Below are positions 1 to 12,100 of a stretch of DNA of 64,000 nt, piece after piece (position 1 is the stretch's first letter; each line of letters begins with the position of its first letter). The notes under the pieces were generated by a model. It had not been told where the DNA came from. It saw only the letters and a list, made by a program, of their open reading frames with translations, and did no database searches. The position numbers were made by a program, and so were the translations under genes. The stretch comes from Eledone cirrhosa. Its lineage: Eukaryota. The DNA is taken from assembly GCA_964016885.1 (NCBI GenBank), contig CAXHJY010000255.1:10539-74538 (forward strand). Direction: 5' to 3'.

Positions 1-194
1 TCCAGTTTACTCAGCTGTAGAAATGGGGTCCCTATCATTCCACTGCAAAGAGGTCGTGGAGGTGCCACGGCAAAAAAAAGCACCCAGCACTCACTGTAAA
101 TGAGGTTGGTGTTAGGAAGGGCATCCAGCTGTAGAAATCAAGCCAGAATCAGTTCCCGTCCCACCCTTGCAAGCAGGGAAAAAGCGGACATAAA

Positions 195-230
<36 letters not shown>
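1..230 (+). mobile_element. tRNA-derived SINE family A, 3' part (cut by window edge)
   Basis: Matches the body and tail of the full copies at 4469 and 7586; ends cccacccttgcaagcaggga...aaaatga(tga)n. Confidence 0.85.
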
Positions 231-232
<2 letters not shown>

Positions 233-419
233 ACACATACACACATATGCGTCAGTGTGTTGAAAATGATCTAAGGGTAAAAAAACCCTATACATGAATA
301 TCTTTCTCACAGTGATAGTGTTCTTCTCAATATGTGTGCTGTAGCAGTTAAAACAATTTTTTGCACTTCTTGCAGTATATGGTAAGACAAGGAAGGATCA
401 GTTAAAAATAATTTTCTGT

Positions 420-873
420 TTCATTTTTTGACCATTCCTAGTGCTCCTTCAATCACTGGTATTGTAACCACCTTGAGATGCCACTTTTTTTCCATTTCAA
501 TTTCAATCTGCAAGTCTTTATACTTTCTGGGCTTGTCAAATTCTTTTGCCGCAACATTGTGAACACATGGCATGTTCATATCAATCAATAAACAGAGGTT
601 GTTATTCTGGTCTTTTACAATAATATCAGGTTTATTAGCTTTAATGATTTAGTCTGTATGTACAGGAAAGTCCAAAAGAATTATTACTTTTTCTCCATCA
701 GTTACATGGGTGATGCTTATACCAATTGTCAGCTGATTGTTATTACACTGTCACGTAGTGTAGATGAAAATTCACCGGAGTATTTAGTCATCTGTCAAGT
801 TACAACAAGGACCTCAGACAGATAATTATTTCCTTAAAATGTGTGCAGTACCTAGCAAAGCCACCTTTTGTAT
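420..873 (-). mobile_element. R4/Dong-type non-LTR retrotransposon, restriction-like endonuclease fragments
   Basis: Minus strand reads KVIILLDFPVHTD*IIKANKPDIIVKDQNNNLCLLIDMNMP...KYKDLQIEIE..KWHLKVVTIPVIEGALGMVKK (420-700) and the C-terminal IQKVALLGTAHILRK (829-873). Confidence 0.85.
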
Positions 874-876
874 GTT

Positions 877-3613
877 AGGAGTGAGCCACATGAAGTGGAC
901 TGTCTTGTTAAACCTGTAACAGTAGAGACTTCTGGTGTTCTTGGTCTCCAGACCACCTCCCTACTCACTGCTACTGGGGTGGTGTTGGCTACCTACAGGA
1001 GTGAGCCACATGAAGTGGACTGTCTTGTTAAACCTGTAACAGTAGAGACTTCTGGTGTTCTTGGTCTCCAGACCACCTCCCTACTCACTGCTACTGGGGT
1101 GGTGTTGGCTACCTACAGGAGTGAGCCACATGAAGTGGACTGTCTTGTTAAACCTGTAACAGTGGAGACTTCTGGTGTTCTTGGTCTCCAGACCACCTCC
1201 CTACTCACTGCTACTGGGGTGGTGTTGGCTACCTACAGGAGTGAGTCACATGAAGTGGACTGTCTTGTTAAACCTGTAACAGTGGAGACTTCTGGTGTTC
1301 TTGGTCTCCAGACCACCTCCCTACTCACTGTTACTGGGGTGGTGTTGGCTACCTACAGGAGTGAGCCACATGAAGTGGACTGTCTTGTTAAACCTGTAAC
1401 AGTAGAGACTTCTGGTGTTCTTGGTCTCCAGACCACCTCCCTACTCACTGCTACTGGGGTGGTGTTGGCTACCTACAGGAGTGAGTCACATGAAGTGGAC
1501 TGTCTTGTTAAACCTGTAACAGTAGAGACTTCTGGTGTTCTTGGTCTCCAGACCACCTCCCTACTCACTGCTACTGGGGTGGTGTTGGCTACCTACAGGA
1601 GTGAGCCACATGAAGTGGACTGTCTTGTTAAACCTGTAACAGTGGAGACTTCTGGTGTTCTTGGTTTCCAGACCACCTCCCTACTCACTGCTACTGGGGT
1701 GGTGTTGGCTACCTACAGGAGTGAGCCACATGAAGTGGACTGTCTTGTTAAACCTGTAACAGTAGAGACTTCTGGTGTTCTTGGTCTCCAGACCACCTCC
1801 CTACTCACTGCTACTGGGGTGGTGTTGGCTACCTACAGGAGTAAGTCACATGAAGTGGACTGTCTTGTTAAACCTGTAACAGTGGAGACTTCTGGTGTTC
1901 TTGGTCTCCAGACCACCTCCCTACTCACTGCTACTGGGGTGGTGTTGGCTACCTACAGGAGTGAGTCACATGAAGTGGACTGTCTTGTTAAACCTGTAAC
2001 AGTGTAGACTTCTGGTGTTCTTGGTCTCCAGACCACCTCCCTACTCACTGCTACTGGGGTGGTGTTAGCTACCTACAGGAGTGAGCCACATGAAGTGGAC
2101 TGTCTTATTAAACCTGTAACAGTGGAGAGTTCTGGTGTTCTTGGTCTCCAGACCACCTCCCTACTCACTGCTACTGGGGTGGTGTTGGCTACCTACAGGA
2201 GTGAGCCACATGAAGTGGACTGTCTTGTTAAACCTGTAACAGTAGAGACTTCTGGTGTTCTTGGTCTCCAGACCACCTCTCTACTCACTGCTACTGGGGT
2301 GGTGTTGGCTACCTACAGGAGTGAGCCACATGAAGTGGACTGTCTTGTTAAACCTGTAACAGTAGAGACTTCTGGTGTTCTTGGTCTCCAGACCACCTCC
2401 CTACTCACTGCTACTGGGGTGGTGTTGGCTACCTACAGGAGTGAGCCACATGAAGTGGACTGTCTTGTTAAACCTGTAACAGTAGAGACTTCTGGTGTTC
2501 TTGGTCTCCAGACCACCTCCCTACTCACTGCTACTGGGGTGGTGTTGGCTACCTACAGGAGTGAGCCACATGAAGTGGACTGTCTTGTTAAACCTGTAAC
2601 AGTGGAGACTTCTGGTGTTCTTGGTCTCCAGACCACCTCCCTACTCACTGCTACTGGGGTGGTGTTGGCTACCTACAGGAGTGAGTCACATGAAGTGGAC
2701 TGTCTTGTTAAACCTGTAACAGTGGACACTTCTGGTGTTCTTGGTCTCCAGACCACCTCCCTACTCACTGCTACTGGGGTGGTGTTGGCTACCTACAGGA
2801 GTGAGTCACATGAAGTGGACTGTCTTGTTAAACCTGTAACAGTAGAGACTTCTGGTGTTCTTGGTCTCCAGACCACCTCCCTACTCACTGCTACTGGGGT
2901 GGTGTTGGCTACTTACAGGAGTGAGTCACATGAAGTGGACTGTCTTGTTAAACCTGTAACAGTGGACACTTCTGGTGTTCTTGGTCTCCAGACCACCTCC
3001 CTACTCACTGCTACTGGGGTGGTGTTGGCTACCTACAGGAGTGAGTCACATGAAGTGGACTGTCTTGTTAAACCTGTAACAGTAGAGACTTCTGGTGTTC
3101 TTGGTCTCCAGACCACCTCCCTACTCACTGCTACTGGGGTGGTGTTGGCTACCTACAGGAGTGAGCCACATGAAGTGAACTGTCTTGTTAAACCTGTAAC
3201 AGTGGAGACTTCTGGTGTTCTTGGTCTCCAGACCACCTCCCTACTCACTGTTACTGGGGTGGTGTTAGCTACTTACAGGAGTGAGTCACATGAAGTGGAC
3301 TGTCTTGTTAAACCTGTAACAGTAGAGACTTCTGGTGTTCTTGGTCTCCAGACCACCTCCCTACTCACTGCTACTGGGGTGGTGTTGGCTACCTACAGGA
3401 GTGAGCCACATGAAGTGGACTGTCTTGTTAAACCTGTAACAGTGGAGACTTCTGGTGTTCTTGGTCTCCAGACCACCTCCCTACTCACTGCTACTGGGGT
3501 GGTGTTGGCTACCTACAGGAGTGAGCCACATGAAGTGGACTGTCTTGTTAAACCTGTAACAGTGTAGACTTCTGGTGTTCTTGGTCTCCAAACCACCTCC
3601 CTACTCACTGCTA
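877..3613 (+). repeat. 120-bp tandem satellite, about 23 near-identical copies
   Basis: Exact 120-nt periodicity visible in the sequence; source of ORFs 868-2007 and 2059-3567. Confidence 0.98.
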
Positions 3614-3720
3614 TTGTGAAAGCGTTGGCCACTTAAAGGAGTGAAGCTCATTAGTTTGAATGGTTATTCCAAAGTGTCTCGCTCCCTATCCTATGTGGTA
3701 ATACTTACTCCACTAGGACA
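3540..3720 (+). mobile_element. CRE-like non-LTR retrotransposon C-terminal endonuclease remnant (source of the satellite)
   Basis: The last unit continues in frame: ..SGVLGLQTTSLLTAIVKALAT*RSEAH*FEWLFQSVSLPILCGNTYS, resembling the PVAVETxGxxG...LxQRLSLAxxRGNA ending of CRE-clade ORFs. Confidence 0.7.
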
Positions 3721-3962
3721 AGAAGGCAACCAGCCCCTGAGCTTTACGTAGATATGAATTTTATTTTGAATTTCCATTTGTAGTTTTCACATTTTAATAT
3801 AGAATCTTGCAGTTTCATGGTGCACCCGTGTGTTGCAGTGACAGATGGTTTCAAAACTATTTAACTAAATGGTAACTTGGATGGACATGTTTTGGTTTAT
3901 ATTATGAAAAATACAATAAAGATGGTAACATGGAACATGAAATAAATAGAGATGTTACCTAC

Positions 3963-4014
3963 CATTAATATCACTGTTACTCTGCCAGGCTTCCAAAATG
4001 AGTGTGTAGGATTG
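3963..4014 (-). CDS. JAG1: Internal coding exon of a Jagged/Serrate-like Notch ligand (N-terminal MNNL/C2 domain)
   Basis: Acceptor tttttttttctgttatatcttgtag, then CAA TCC TAC ACA CTC ATT TTG GAA GCC TGG CAG AGT AAC AGT GAT ATT AAT G, then donor gtaggt. Peptide QSYTLILEAWQSNSDIN resembles Jagged1 RSYTLLVEAWDSSND; 52 nt, phase 0 to 1, as I recall for vertebrate JAG1 exon 3. A Delta-type paralog is not excluded. Confidence 0.75.
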
Positions 4015-4076
4015 CTACAAGATATAACAGAAAAAAAAAGTATGAATATAGTGTATACACTCATATACACAAGCAA

Positions 4077-4109
<33 letters not shown>

Positions 4110-4113
<4 letters not shown>

Positions 4114-4370
4114 GAAGTTCTATTTAAATTGTTGGGATACAACAAGCAAATATTTTTATAACTGATATAAAGCACTCAACAAATTATTGGAGAGCTTCCA
4201 ACAGAAATGGTCGCATTCTTTAAAGGTATGTCAATATTTATTTATAAAACTTATCTATATTATATTTTATCTGATGAAAGCACACCATAATTTAACTTGG
4301 TGTCCTTGAAATATATATAATGAAATTAATATGGTTTTATAAATATAGTTTCCATTTGTTAATATATCGT
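4110..4370 (+). mobile_element. Penelope-like terminal repeat fragment with hammerhead, internally inverted
   Basis: Homologous to 36220-36490, but the part from about 4192 onward is in the opposite orientation; embedded in (TA)n. Confidence 0.7.
4264..4326 (+). ncRNA. Minimal type I hammerhead ribozyme motif
   Basis: attttat-CTGATGA-aagcacacca/tggtgtcctt-GAAA-T-ATAT-A-TA-atgaaat: intact core, 7-bp stem I, palindromic loop III. Confidence 0.75.
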
Positions 4371-4393
4371 ATGTATGTATGTATGTATGTATG

Positions 4394-4468
<75 letters not shown>

Positions 4469-4473
<5 letters not shown>

Positions 4474-4840
4474 TGGCTTAGTGGTTAGAGCATTGGCCTT
4501 GCAATCGAAAGGTTGTGAGTTCAATTCTCAGACCGGGTGATGTGTTGTTTCCTTGAGCAAGACACTTTATTTCACATTGCTCCAGTTTACTCAGCTGTAG
4601 AAATGAGATGCTAGGGACCGGGGTCCTTATCATTCCACTGCAAAGTGGTCGTGGAGGTGCCACAGCAAAAAAAACACCCACCACTCACTGTAAATGAGGT
4701 TGGTGTTAGGAAGGGCATCGAGCTGTAGAAATCAAGCCAGAATCAGTTCCCGTCCCACCCTTGCAAGCAGGGAAAAGCGGACGTAAAATGAAATGATGAT
4801 GAAATGATATATGTATATGATGATGATGATGATGATGATG
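4469..4840 (+). mobile_element. tRNA-derived SINE family A, full length
   Basis: A box TGGCTTAGTGG, B box GAGTTCAATTC, core ccttgagcaagacacttt, RTE-like tail plus (TGA)n. Confidence 0.9.
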
Positions 4841-5437
4841 ATATATACACTCTTTTTGAAGCTCTATCTGATGACCGTGGAAATTGGAGAACTGTCTGAC
4901 ATGAAAGTATCTCATTGACCTACTATGAGGGCTAGGCTAACTGTAAGGTTTTAAACCCCACTTACCCTAGAAACAAGTCCATATTTCAGGATCATGGTGA
5001 AGATTTTTAGCTGGCAACTTTCTTCACACATGTTAACTATGATCACTAAATTTCCTTCTTACTAACCACATTTCATTAGCTATATTAATACTAAGAATCA
5101 CTTTATTCTCCCTCTACAACTTTATATGCTGCTACAGTTTAAACATATTTCATATCTCTGTTCAATATATCTTGTGATATATATATTAGGTGTTGATCTT
5201 GTTACTTTTAGAATATCTCAACTTTTGGGGAGTTTTTTTACTTTGCATCTATTCCTATAATTGTTATGTACTTCTTATGTTGTTTTACTGGTCTTCATTC
5301 TATCTTGAACCTTAATTTTATTTTATTTTTATTTTTATTTTTATTTTTATTTTTATTTTTATTTTTATTTGTCAACCTTGATTCTCACTTTTGACACTTA
5401 ATGCATATTACATAGTAGCTGGCCTGGTTCTATTATC

Positions 5438-5482
<45 letters not shown>

Positions 5483-6045
5483 ACAGTCGTTGATACTGAT
5501 CCATACTATCACCTCCTATTTAACAGAGAGGGGCTGGTGGTACAGCCATGATTGTTATTGTTGTTATTGCAGTTAACTCCATCTCCCACCACCACCACCA
5601 CCACCACCACCACTGCAATTTAATGTTGACCATCATATAACCCTCTACTGATGCCTGTGTGAGTAGATGATCTCAGACCTTGGCACCACTAGCGAATTCA
5701 AGAAGGCTATGAAGATACAGAGTTGGAACTATCTTTGACCAATAGCTAGGGGACTTATATGTATAACTCAACACAAGGGGTGTATGAGTTATACTAACTC
5801 ATATGTATAACTCAACAGGGCTTTGGGGGAAGCAACATTAATAATCAACCTATGACATATCAATGAAATGAAACAGCATTGAGTAATTTTCATTTTTATT
5901 TTCACTTATGTAACTTTGTTCACTTAATATCTGCCTGATGTGGCCATAACTGTTACAATTGAAATACATATAATCACAATTATGTAATGAATATATGAGG
6001 TAAATTCTAACCTGTTGACTTATTTCCTTATATATATATATATAT

Positions 6046-6241
6046 AATGAAGGAAATGTGGTAAGGAACCAGGTGGACCATAACGCACCAAAGTTCTCAA
6101 TACTTAGGGTAGTAGAGTGGGTAATAGGAACAAGTAAGACCCCGACGGCTGAGCTCAAGCCGTTTCGACGGCTAATTCTGTACTCAGTACAGAATTAGCC
6201 GTCGAAACGGCTTGAGCTCAGCCGTCGGGGTCTTACTTGTT

Positions 6242-6246
<5 letters not shown>
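6046..6246. mobile_element. Penelope-like terminal fragment with a 123-bp perfect palindrome
   Basis: Related copies at 34962-35037 and 51590-51720; arms 6124-6184 and 6186-6246; flanked by (TA)n. Confidence 0.6.
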
Positions 6247-6319
<73 letters not shown>

Positions 6320-6324
<5 letters not shown>

Positions 6325-6510
6325 ATGACAGCTGCATATAATGGTGCAGAGCACTAAAAGTCGATGGAAGCCATGGAGTGGGGAGACCCAGGAAGACCTG
6401 AGATGAGGTGATAAAAGCTGGCTTTGCCCAATTGCACCTCTCAAAGGTGATGACACAGGACCGTGACCTCTGGCATCACACAGTAATACAGAAGACCCAA
6501 CTTCCCACAG
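6320..6510 (+). mobile_element. RTE LINE 3' ORF fragment
   Basis: Degenerate DDSCI..CRALKVDGSHGVGRPRKT*DEVIK...MTQDRDLW. Confidence 0.75.
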
Positions 6511-6699
6511 GTATAAGCTGAAGCTAAAGCATATAGACAAAATGCCACCAATTCCATTATGGTTCATTATTCAATGTTTATGTTCTGTGATGTTACATAA
6601 GTGCAATTATTGGAAGTTACTCTGTGGAGTTTACCTTAGATATATTTTCTCCCCCTAATATACTACAAAGGCAATTGATGAGATATCTTAATCAGATTT

Positions 6700-7502
6700 G
6701 TTCTATGTTCTCAGGCGTTATCAAAGTTTGTAATCAAACTGCATTTGTGCATTTCTGGTATTCTGTTGATGAAAGATCTACTGTTAAATGAACCCCTATC
6801 AAATGGCTACTCCTCAAGAAAAGGCACAATGTGTGTCATGGTTTATTGAAACAGAATCGGATACGCAAACTCAGCGAAACTACAGAACTATGCATGGAAG
6901 GGATCCACCGTGTGGTGTGGGATTATTGTGTGCAATCGAATCATTGGTCCATTTTTCTTCAACAAGACTGCAAATGTTTACCTTGACCTTTTGACTGAAT
7001 ATGTGGCACCACAACTAGATGGCCTTCAACCAACAATCATTTTCCAGCAAGATGCTGCACCACCACATTGGGGACTGCATGTTCGTAGGTTCCTAAATCA
7101 AACATTTCCAGACTGGTGGATTGGAAGGGATGGCCCAATTCCCTGACTACCTTGTTCACCAGGTAGTCAGGGAATTGGGCCATCCCTTCCAATCGGGACT
7201 TCTTTATGTTAAAGATATCGTGTATCGAACAAAGATACAGGACATCACTGATCTAAAGCAACAGATCACTGACGCTATTGCCACCATTGATGAGGCTATA
7301 CTACAGCGAACATGGCAAGAAATCTAGTACCATCTTGATGTCCTTCGTGCAACTAATGGTGCATGTATAGAAGTGTATTAAATTAGTTACAAAAAACTTC
7401 AATATCTACTCCTCATTTTGTAACAATTTTCACATATTTGTTTTTTCATTTGCTTTTGTAATAAATTTGTTAAATTGTAAAGAGACTTTATGGACACCCT
7501 GT
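6700..7502 (+). mobile_element. Tc1/mariner DD41D (rosa-type) transposon, internally deleted
   Basis: N-terminal MATPQEKAQCVSWFIET.SDTQTQRNYRT..GRDPP fused to VWCG..IIGPFFF..IFQQDAAPPHW..WIGRDGP; the right end tatggacaccctg|ta looks like a TIR. D41D spacing is inferred because the third Asp region is overwritten. Confidence 0.8.
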
Positions 7503-7585
7503 ATAGCATCTTGTCATTTCATAATAAAATAGAGCTATCCCACTTCTTATTAAACTTTCTATATATATATGTATATGTATATATG

Positions 7586-7905
7586 GAGGCACATGGCTTA
7601 GTGGTTAGAGCATTGGCCTTGCAATCGAAAGGTTGAGAGTTCAATTCTCAGACCGGGTGATGTGTTGTTTCCTTGAGCAAGACACTTTATTTCACATTGC
7701 TCCAGTTTACTCAGCTGTAGAAATGAGATGATAGGACTGGGGTCCCTATCATTCCACTGCAAAGTGGTCGTGTAGGTGCCACGCAAAAAAAGCACCCAGC
7801 ACTCACTGTAAATGAGGTTGGTGTTAGGAAGGGCATCCAGCTGTAGAAATCAAGCCAGACTCAGTTCCCGTCCCAAGAGGACGTAAAATGAAATGACGAT
7901 GATGA
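7586..7905 (+). mobile_element. tRNA-derived SINE family A
   Basis: Same A/B boxes, core and tail as the 4469 copy; short deletion in the tail. Confidence 0.9.
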
Positions 7906-8044
7906 TATATACATATATATACACATATATAAATATATATTTGATTGCCAAATAAATTATCTATAGAGATATAAAAGATACAGAAGCGAAAACCAATCCA
8001 AACCAAACAGTGAGTGTGTTTTATTATTAATTCTGGCAATATTA

Positions 8045-8885
8045 TGATGCTCTCTTTCTGGTAAGGTAACTAACCACAGGAGAAGTACTTAGCTAAGAGT
8101 AAGCCCCTGTATCTAACATTCGTAAATACGGGGAATCCCTTTGACAGGGTGCCACCATCTGTAATATGGTGGAATCTTAGAAAGCTAGGTGTAAACGAAC
8201 GGCTTGTGAGAGCAGTGCAGGCCATTTATAAAGGAGCAGCCAGGAGAGTGAGTCAGCAATAAGTACAGTGATGAGTTTGAAGTGCAGGTGGGGGGGGGGG
8301 TCGCCCCCCCCCCCCCCCCCATCCACATACACACATACACACACACCACACCACCCCACACACCCCACACCCCACACACACTTGTTTATCAGGCTACCTA
8401 GAAGTAGTTGACAGCTTTTGTTATCTAGGCAATCAAATTAGCAGTGGTGGAGAATGCACCAAAAGTGTGATAGAAGAGGCAGGAAGAAGTTTAAAGATCT
8501 GAGGTAACAAGTGAAGGGTAGCCTGTATGATGCTACAGTGCAGTGAAACATGGGCATTGACTGTAGAAGACCTGTCATGGTTAGAAAGAAACAAGTTGAG
8601 TATGCTCTGATGAATGTGTAATGTTAGTGTGCAAGAGTCGCATAACATAAGCAAACTGAGGGAAAAACTTGGCATAAGAGGAGTAGGATGTAGTGGGCAA
8701 TAGAGAAGACTGCACGTGACCACCTCTCCTGTGCACTTGGTAGAACATTTATCCATATGTAAGCAAGATGTAGACCTGTGGCCTGTTTGAGAGGACAGTA
8801 GCTCTACTTCAGTACAGACTTGGGCTATATAGCCCTGTCCAACCATTGCTAGCAAGGAAAACGGACATTAAAACGATGATGATAC
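8045..8885 (+). mobile_element. Degenerate RTE LINE RT and 3' fragments
   Basis: DALFLVR..QEKYLAKSKPLYL.F...FDRVP.SVIWW.LRKLGV; later ETWALTVEDL..LERN; tail gcaaggaaaacggacattaaaacgatgatg. Confidence 0.8.
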
Positions 8886-9137
8886 ATATATGTCTATGTG
8901 TGTATATGTATATATGGCTTTGAAAGTAAGATATTAGGTTGACAATATAATAGGAAAAGAATATATATATGTATTAATTTACAGCAAAATTTATATTTTC
9001 AGGCATATTTACATGTCTACATATTAAAAATGTGTATATTTATATATACATCACTGCAGTCTTGGTTCCTCACTCTGTATATATACAGCTAGCTTTATCA
9101 TTTATACATGTGTGTGTGTCTGAGTGTGCATGTGTGC

Positions 9138-12100
9138 TGGACTACAAGAAAGCTTTCAATTCTGTTCCCCACTCTTGGATGATAGAGGCCCTCCAACTTG
9201 CTAAAGTCCCAGACATTATTATCAGAGCCATAGAGATGATGTCTTCTTCTTGGGCTACTATCCTAAAGTTAAAAACAGAGAAGGAGGACTCTATTTTCAC
9301 TGATAAAATAGAATATCACAGGGGCATATTTCAAGGAAACAGAAAAACCTTCACCTGGTTACAACATTCTCGAAAGATATAGGAATGGAGTTTGGCCAAG
9401 ATAAATGTTCATATATGATTGTAAAGTGAGGAAAAACTACAAGTCAATCTAGCAACATTTTCATCAATGGCCTAACTGTTTCACTAGTATTTGATGAGGG
9501 ATTGATACTCAGGGATAGATAAGAACATATTCTATGTTGGAATTTGTAACAAGGAACAATTAACCAGGGAATATAACATCCAAATAAGAAAAATATGGTC
9601 ATCTGAAATCTCTGTGCACAATAAATCCACAATAAGTTTGTTTAGCCTGTCCTAACATCAACATTTGAACTACTTGACTGGAAGTTAGATAAGAGCCAAG
9701 TCATTGATGTTACAAACCCAAAAGTTCTGGCACTGGAAATGTCCATATCACACTGATATATAGCGCTTCTACATGAAACAGGGGAGGCCTAGTGACATAT
9801 AGCACTTCTACATGAAACAGGAGAGGCCTAACATATCACACTGATATATAGCGCTTCTACATGAAACAGGGGAGGCCTAGTGACATATACCACTTCTACA
9901 TGAAACAGGGGAGGCCTAGTGACATATAGCACTTCTACATGAAACAGGGGAGGCCTAGTGACATATAGCACTTCTACATGAAACAGGGGAGGCCTAGTGA
10001 TATATAGCGCTTCTACATGAAACAGGGGAGGTCTAGTGATATATAGCACTTCTACATGAAACCGGGGAGGCCTAGTGATATATAGCGCTTCTACATGAAA
10101 CAGGGGAGGCCTAGTGACATATAGCACTTCTACATGAAACAGGGGAGGCCTAGTGACATATAGCGCTTCTACATGAAACAGGGGAGGCCTAGTGACATAT
10201 AGCACTTCTACATGAAACAGGGGAGGCCTAGTGACATATACCACTTCTACATGAAACAGGGGAGGCCTAGTGACATATAGCACTTCTACATGAAACAGGG
10301 GAGGCCTAGTGACATATACCACTTCTACATGAAACAGGGGAGGCCTAGTGACATATAGCACTTCTACATGAAACAGGGGAGGCCTAGTGACATATAGCAC
10401 TTCTACATGAAACAGGGGAGGCCTAGTGACATATAGCGCTTCTACATGAAACAGGGGAGGCCTAGTGATATATAGCGCTTCTACATGAAACAGGGGAGGC
10501 CTAGTGACATATAGCACTTCTACATGAAACAGGGCAGGCCTAGTGACATATAGCACTTCTACATGAAACAGGGGAGGCCTAGTGACATATAGCGCTTCTA
10601 CATGAAACAGGGGAGGCCTAGTGACATATAGCACTTCTACACAAAACAGGGGAGGCCTAGTGACATATACCACTTCTACATGAAACAGGGGAGGCCTAGT
10701 GGCATATAGCGCTTCTACATGAAACAGGGGAGGCCTAGTGATATATAGCACTTCTACATGAAACAGGGGAGGCTTAGTGACATATAGCACTTCTACATGA
10801 AACAGGGGAGGCCTAGTGACATATACCACTTCTACACGAAACAGGACAGGCCTAGTGACATATACCACTTCTACATGAAACAGGGGAGGCCTAGTGACAT
10901 ATACCACTTCTACATGAAACAGGGCAGGCCTAGTGATATATAGCACTTCAACATGAAACAGGAGAGGCCTAGTGACATATACCACTTCTACATGAAACAG
11001 GGGAGGCCTAGTGACGTATAGCACTTCTACATGAAACAGGGGAGGCCTAGTGATATATAGCACTTCTACATGAAACAGGGGAGGCCTAGTGACATATAGC
11101 ACTTCTACATGAAACAGGGGAGGCCTAGTGACATACAGCACTTCTACATGAAACAGGAGAGGCATAGTGACATACAGCACTTCTACATGAAACGGGGCAG
11201 GCCTAGTGACATATACCACTTCTACATGAAACAGGGGAGGCCTAGTGACATATAGCACTTCTACATGAAACAGGGGAGGCCTAGTGACATATAGCACTTC
11301 TACATGAAACAGGGGAGGCCTAGTGACATATACCACTTCTACATGAAACAGGGGAGGCCTAGTGACATATAGCACTTCTACATGAAACAGGGGAGGCCTA
11401 GTGACATACAGCACTTCTACATGAAACAGGGGAGGCCTAGTGACATATAGCACTTCTACATGAAACAGGGGAGACCTAGTGACATATAGCACTTCTACAT
11501 GAAACAGGGGAGGCCTAGTGACATATAGCACTTCTACACAAAACAGGAGAGGCCTAGTGACATATACCACTTCTACATGAAACAGGGGAGGCTTAGTGAC
11601 ATATACCACTTCTACATGAAACAGGGGAGGCCTAGTGACATATACCACTTCTACACGACACAGGGCAGGCCTAGTGACATATACCACTTCTACATGAAAC
11701 AGGGGAGGCCTAGTGACATATAGCGCTTCTACATGAAACAGGGGAGGCCTAGTGATATATAGCACTTCTACATGAAACAGGGGAGGCCTAGTGACATATA
11801 GCACTTCTACATGAAACAGGGGAGGCCTAGTGACATATAGCACTTCTACATGAAACAGGGGAGGCCTAGTAACATATACCACTTCTACACGAAACAGGGG
11901 AGGCCTAGTGACATATACCACTTCTACATGAAACAGGGGAGGCCTAGTGACATATAGCACTTCTACATGAAACAGGGGTGGCCTAGTAACATATACCACT
12001 TCTACACGAAACAGGGGAGGCCTAGTGACATATAGCACTTCTACATGAAACAGGGGAGGCCTAGAGACATATAGCACTTCAACATGAAACAGGGGAGGCG

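Noticed and set aside
868-3567. 379-aa and 502-aa repeat ORFs as a host repeat protein
   Set aside because: A by-product of a 120-bp unit; two units carry TAG, and the unit derives from a retrotransposon ORF with stops right after the array
3897-4175. ORF-track peptide NPTHSFWKPGRVTVILM
   Set aside because: Wrong frame; the alternative frame gives the Jagged-like peptide with matching splice phases
4469-4545. tRNA genes at SINE heads
   Set aside because: A/B boxes run into SINE core and LINE-derived tails; no complete cloverleaf seen
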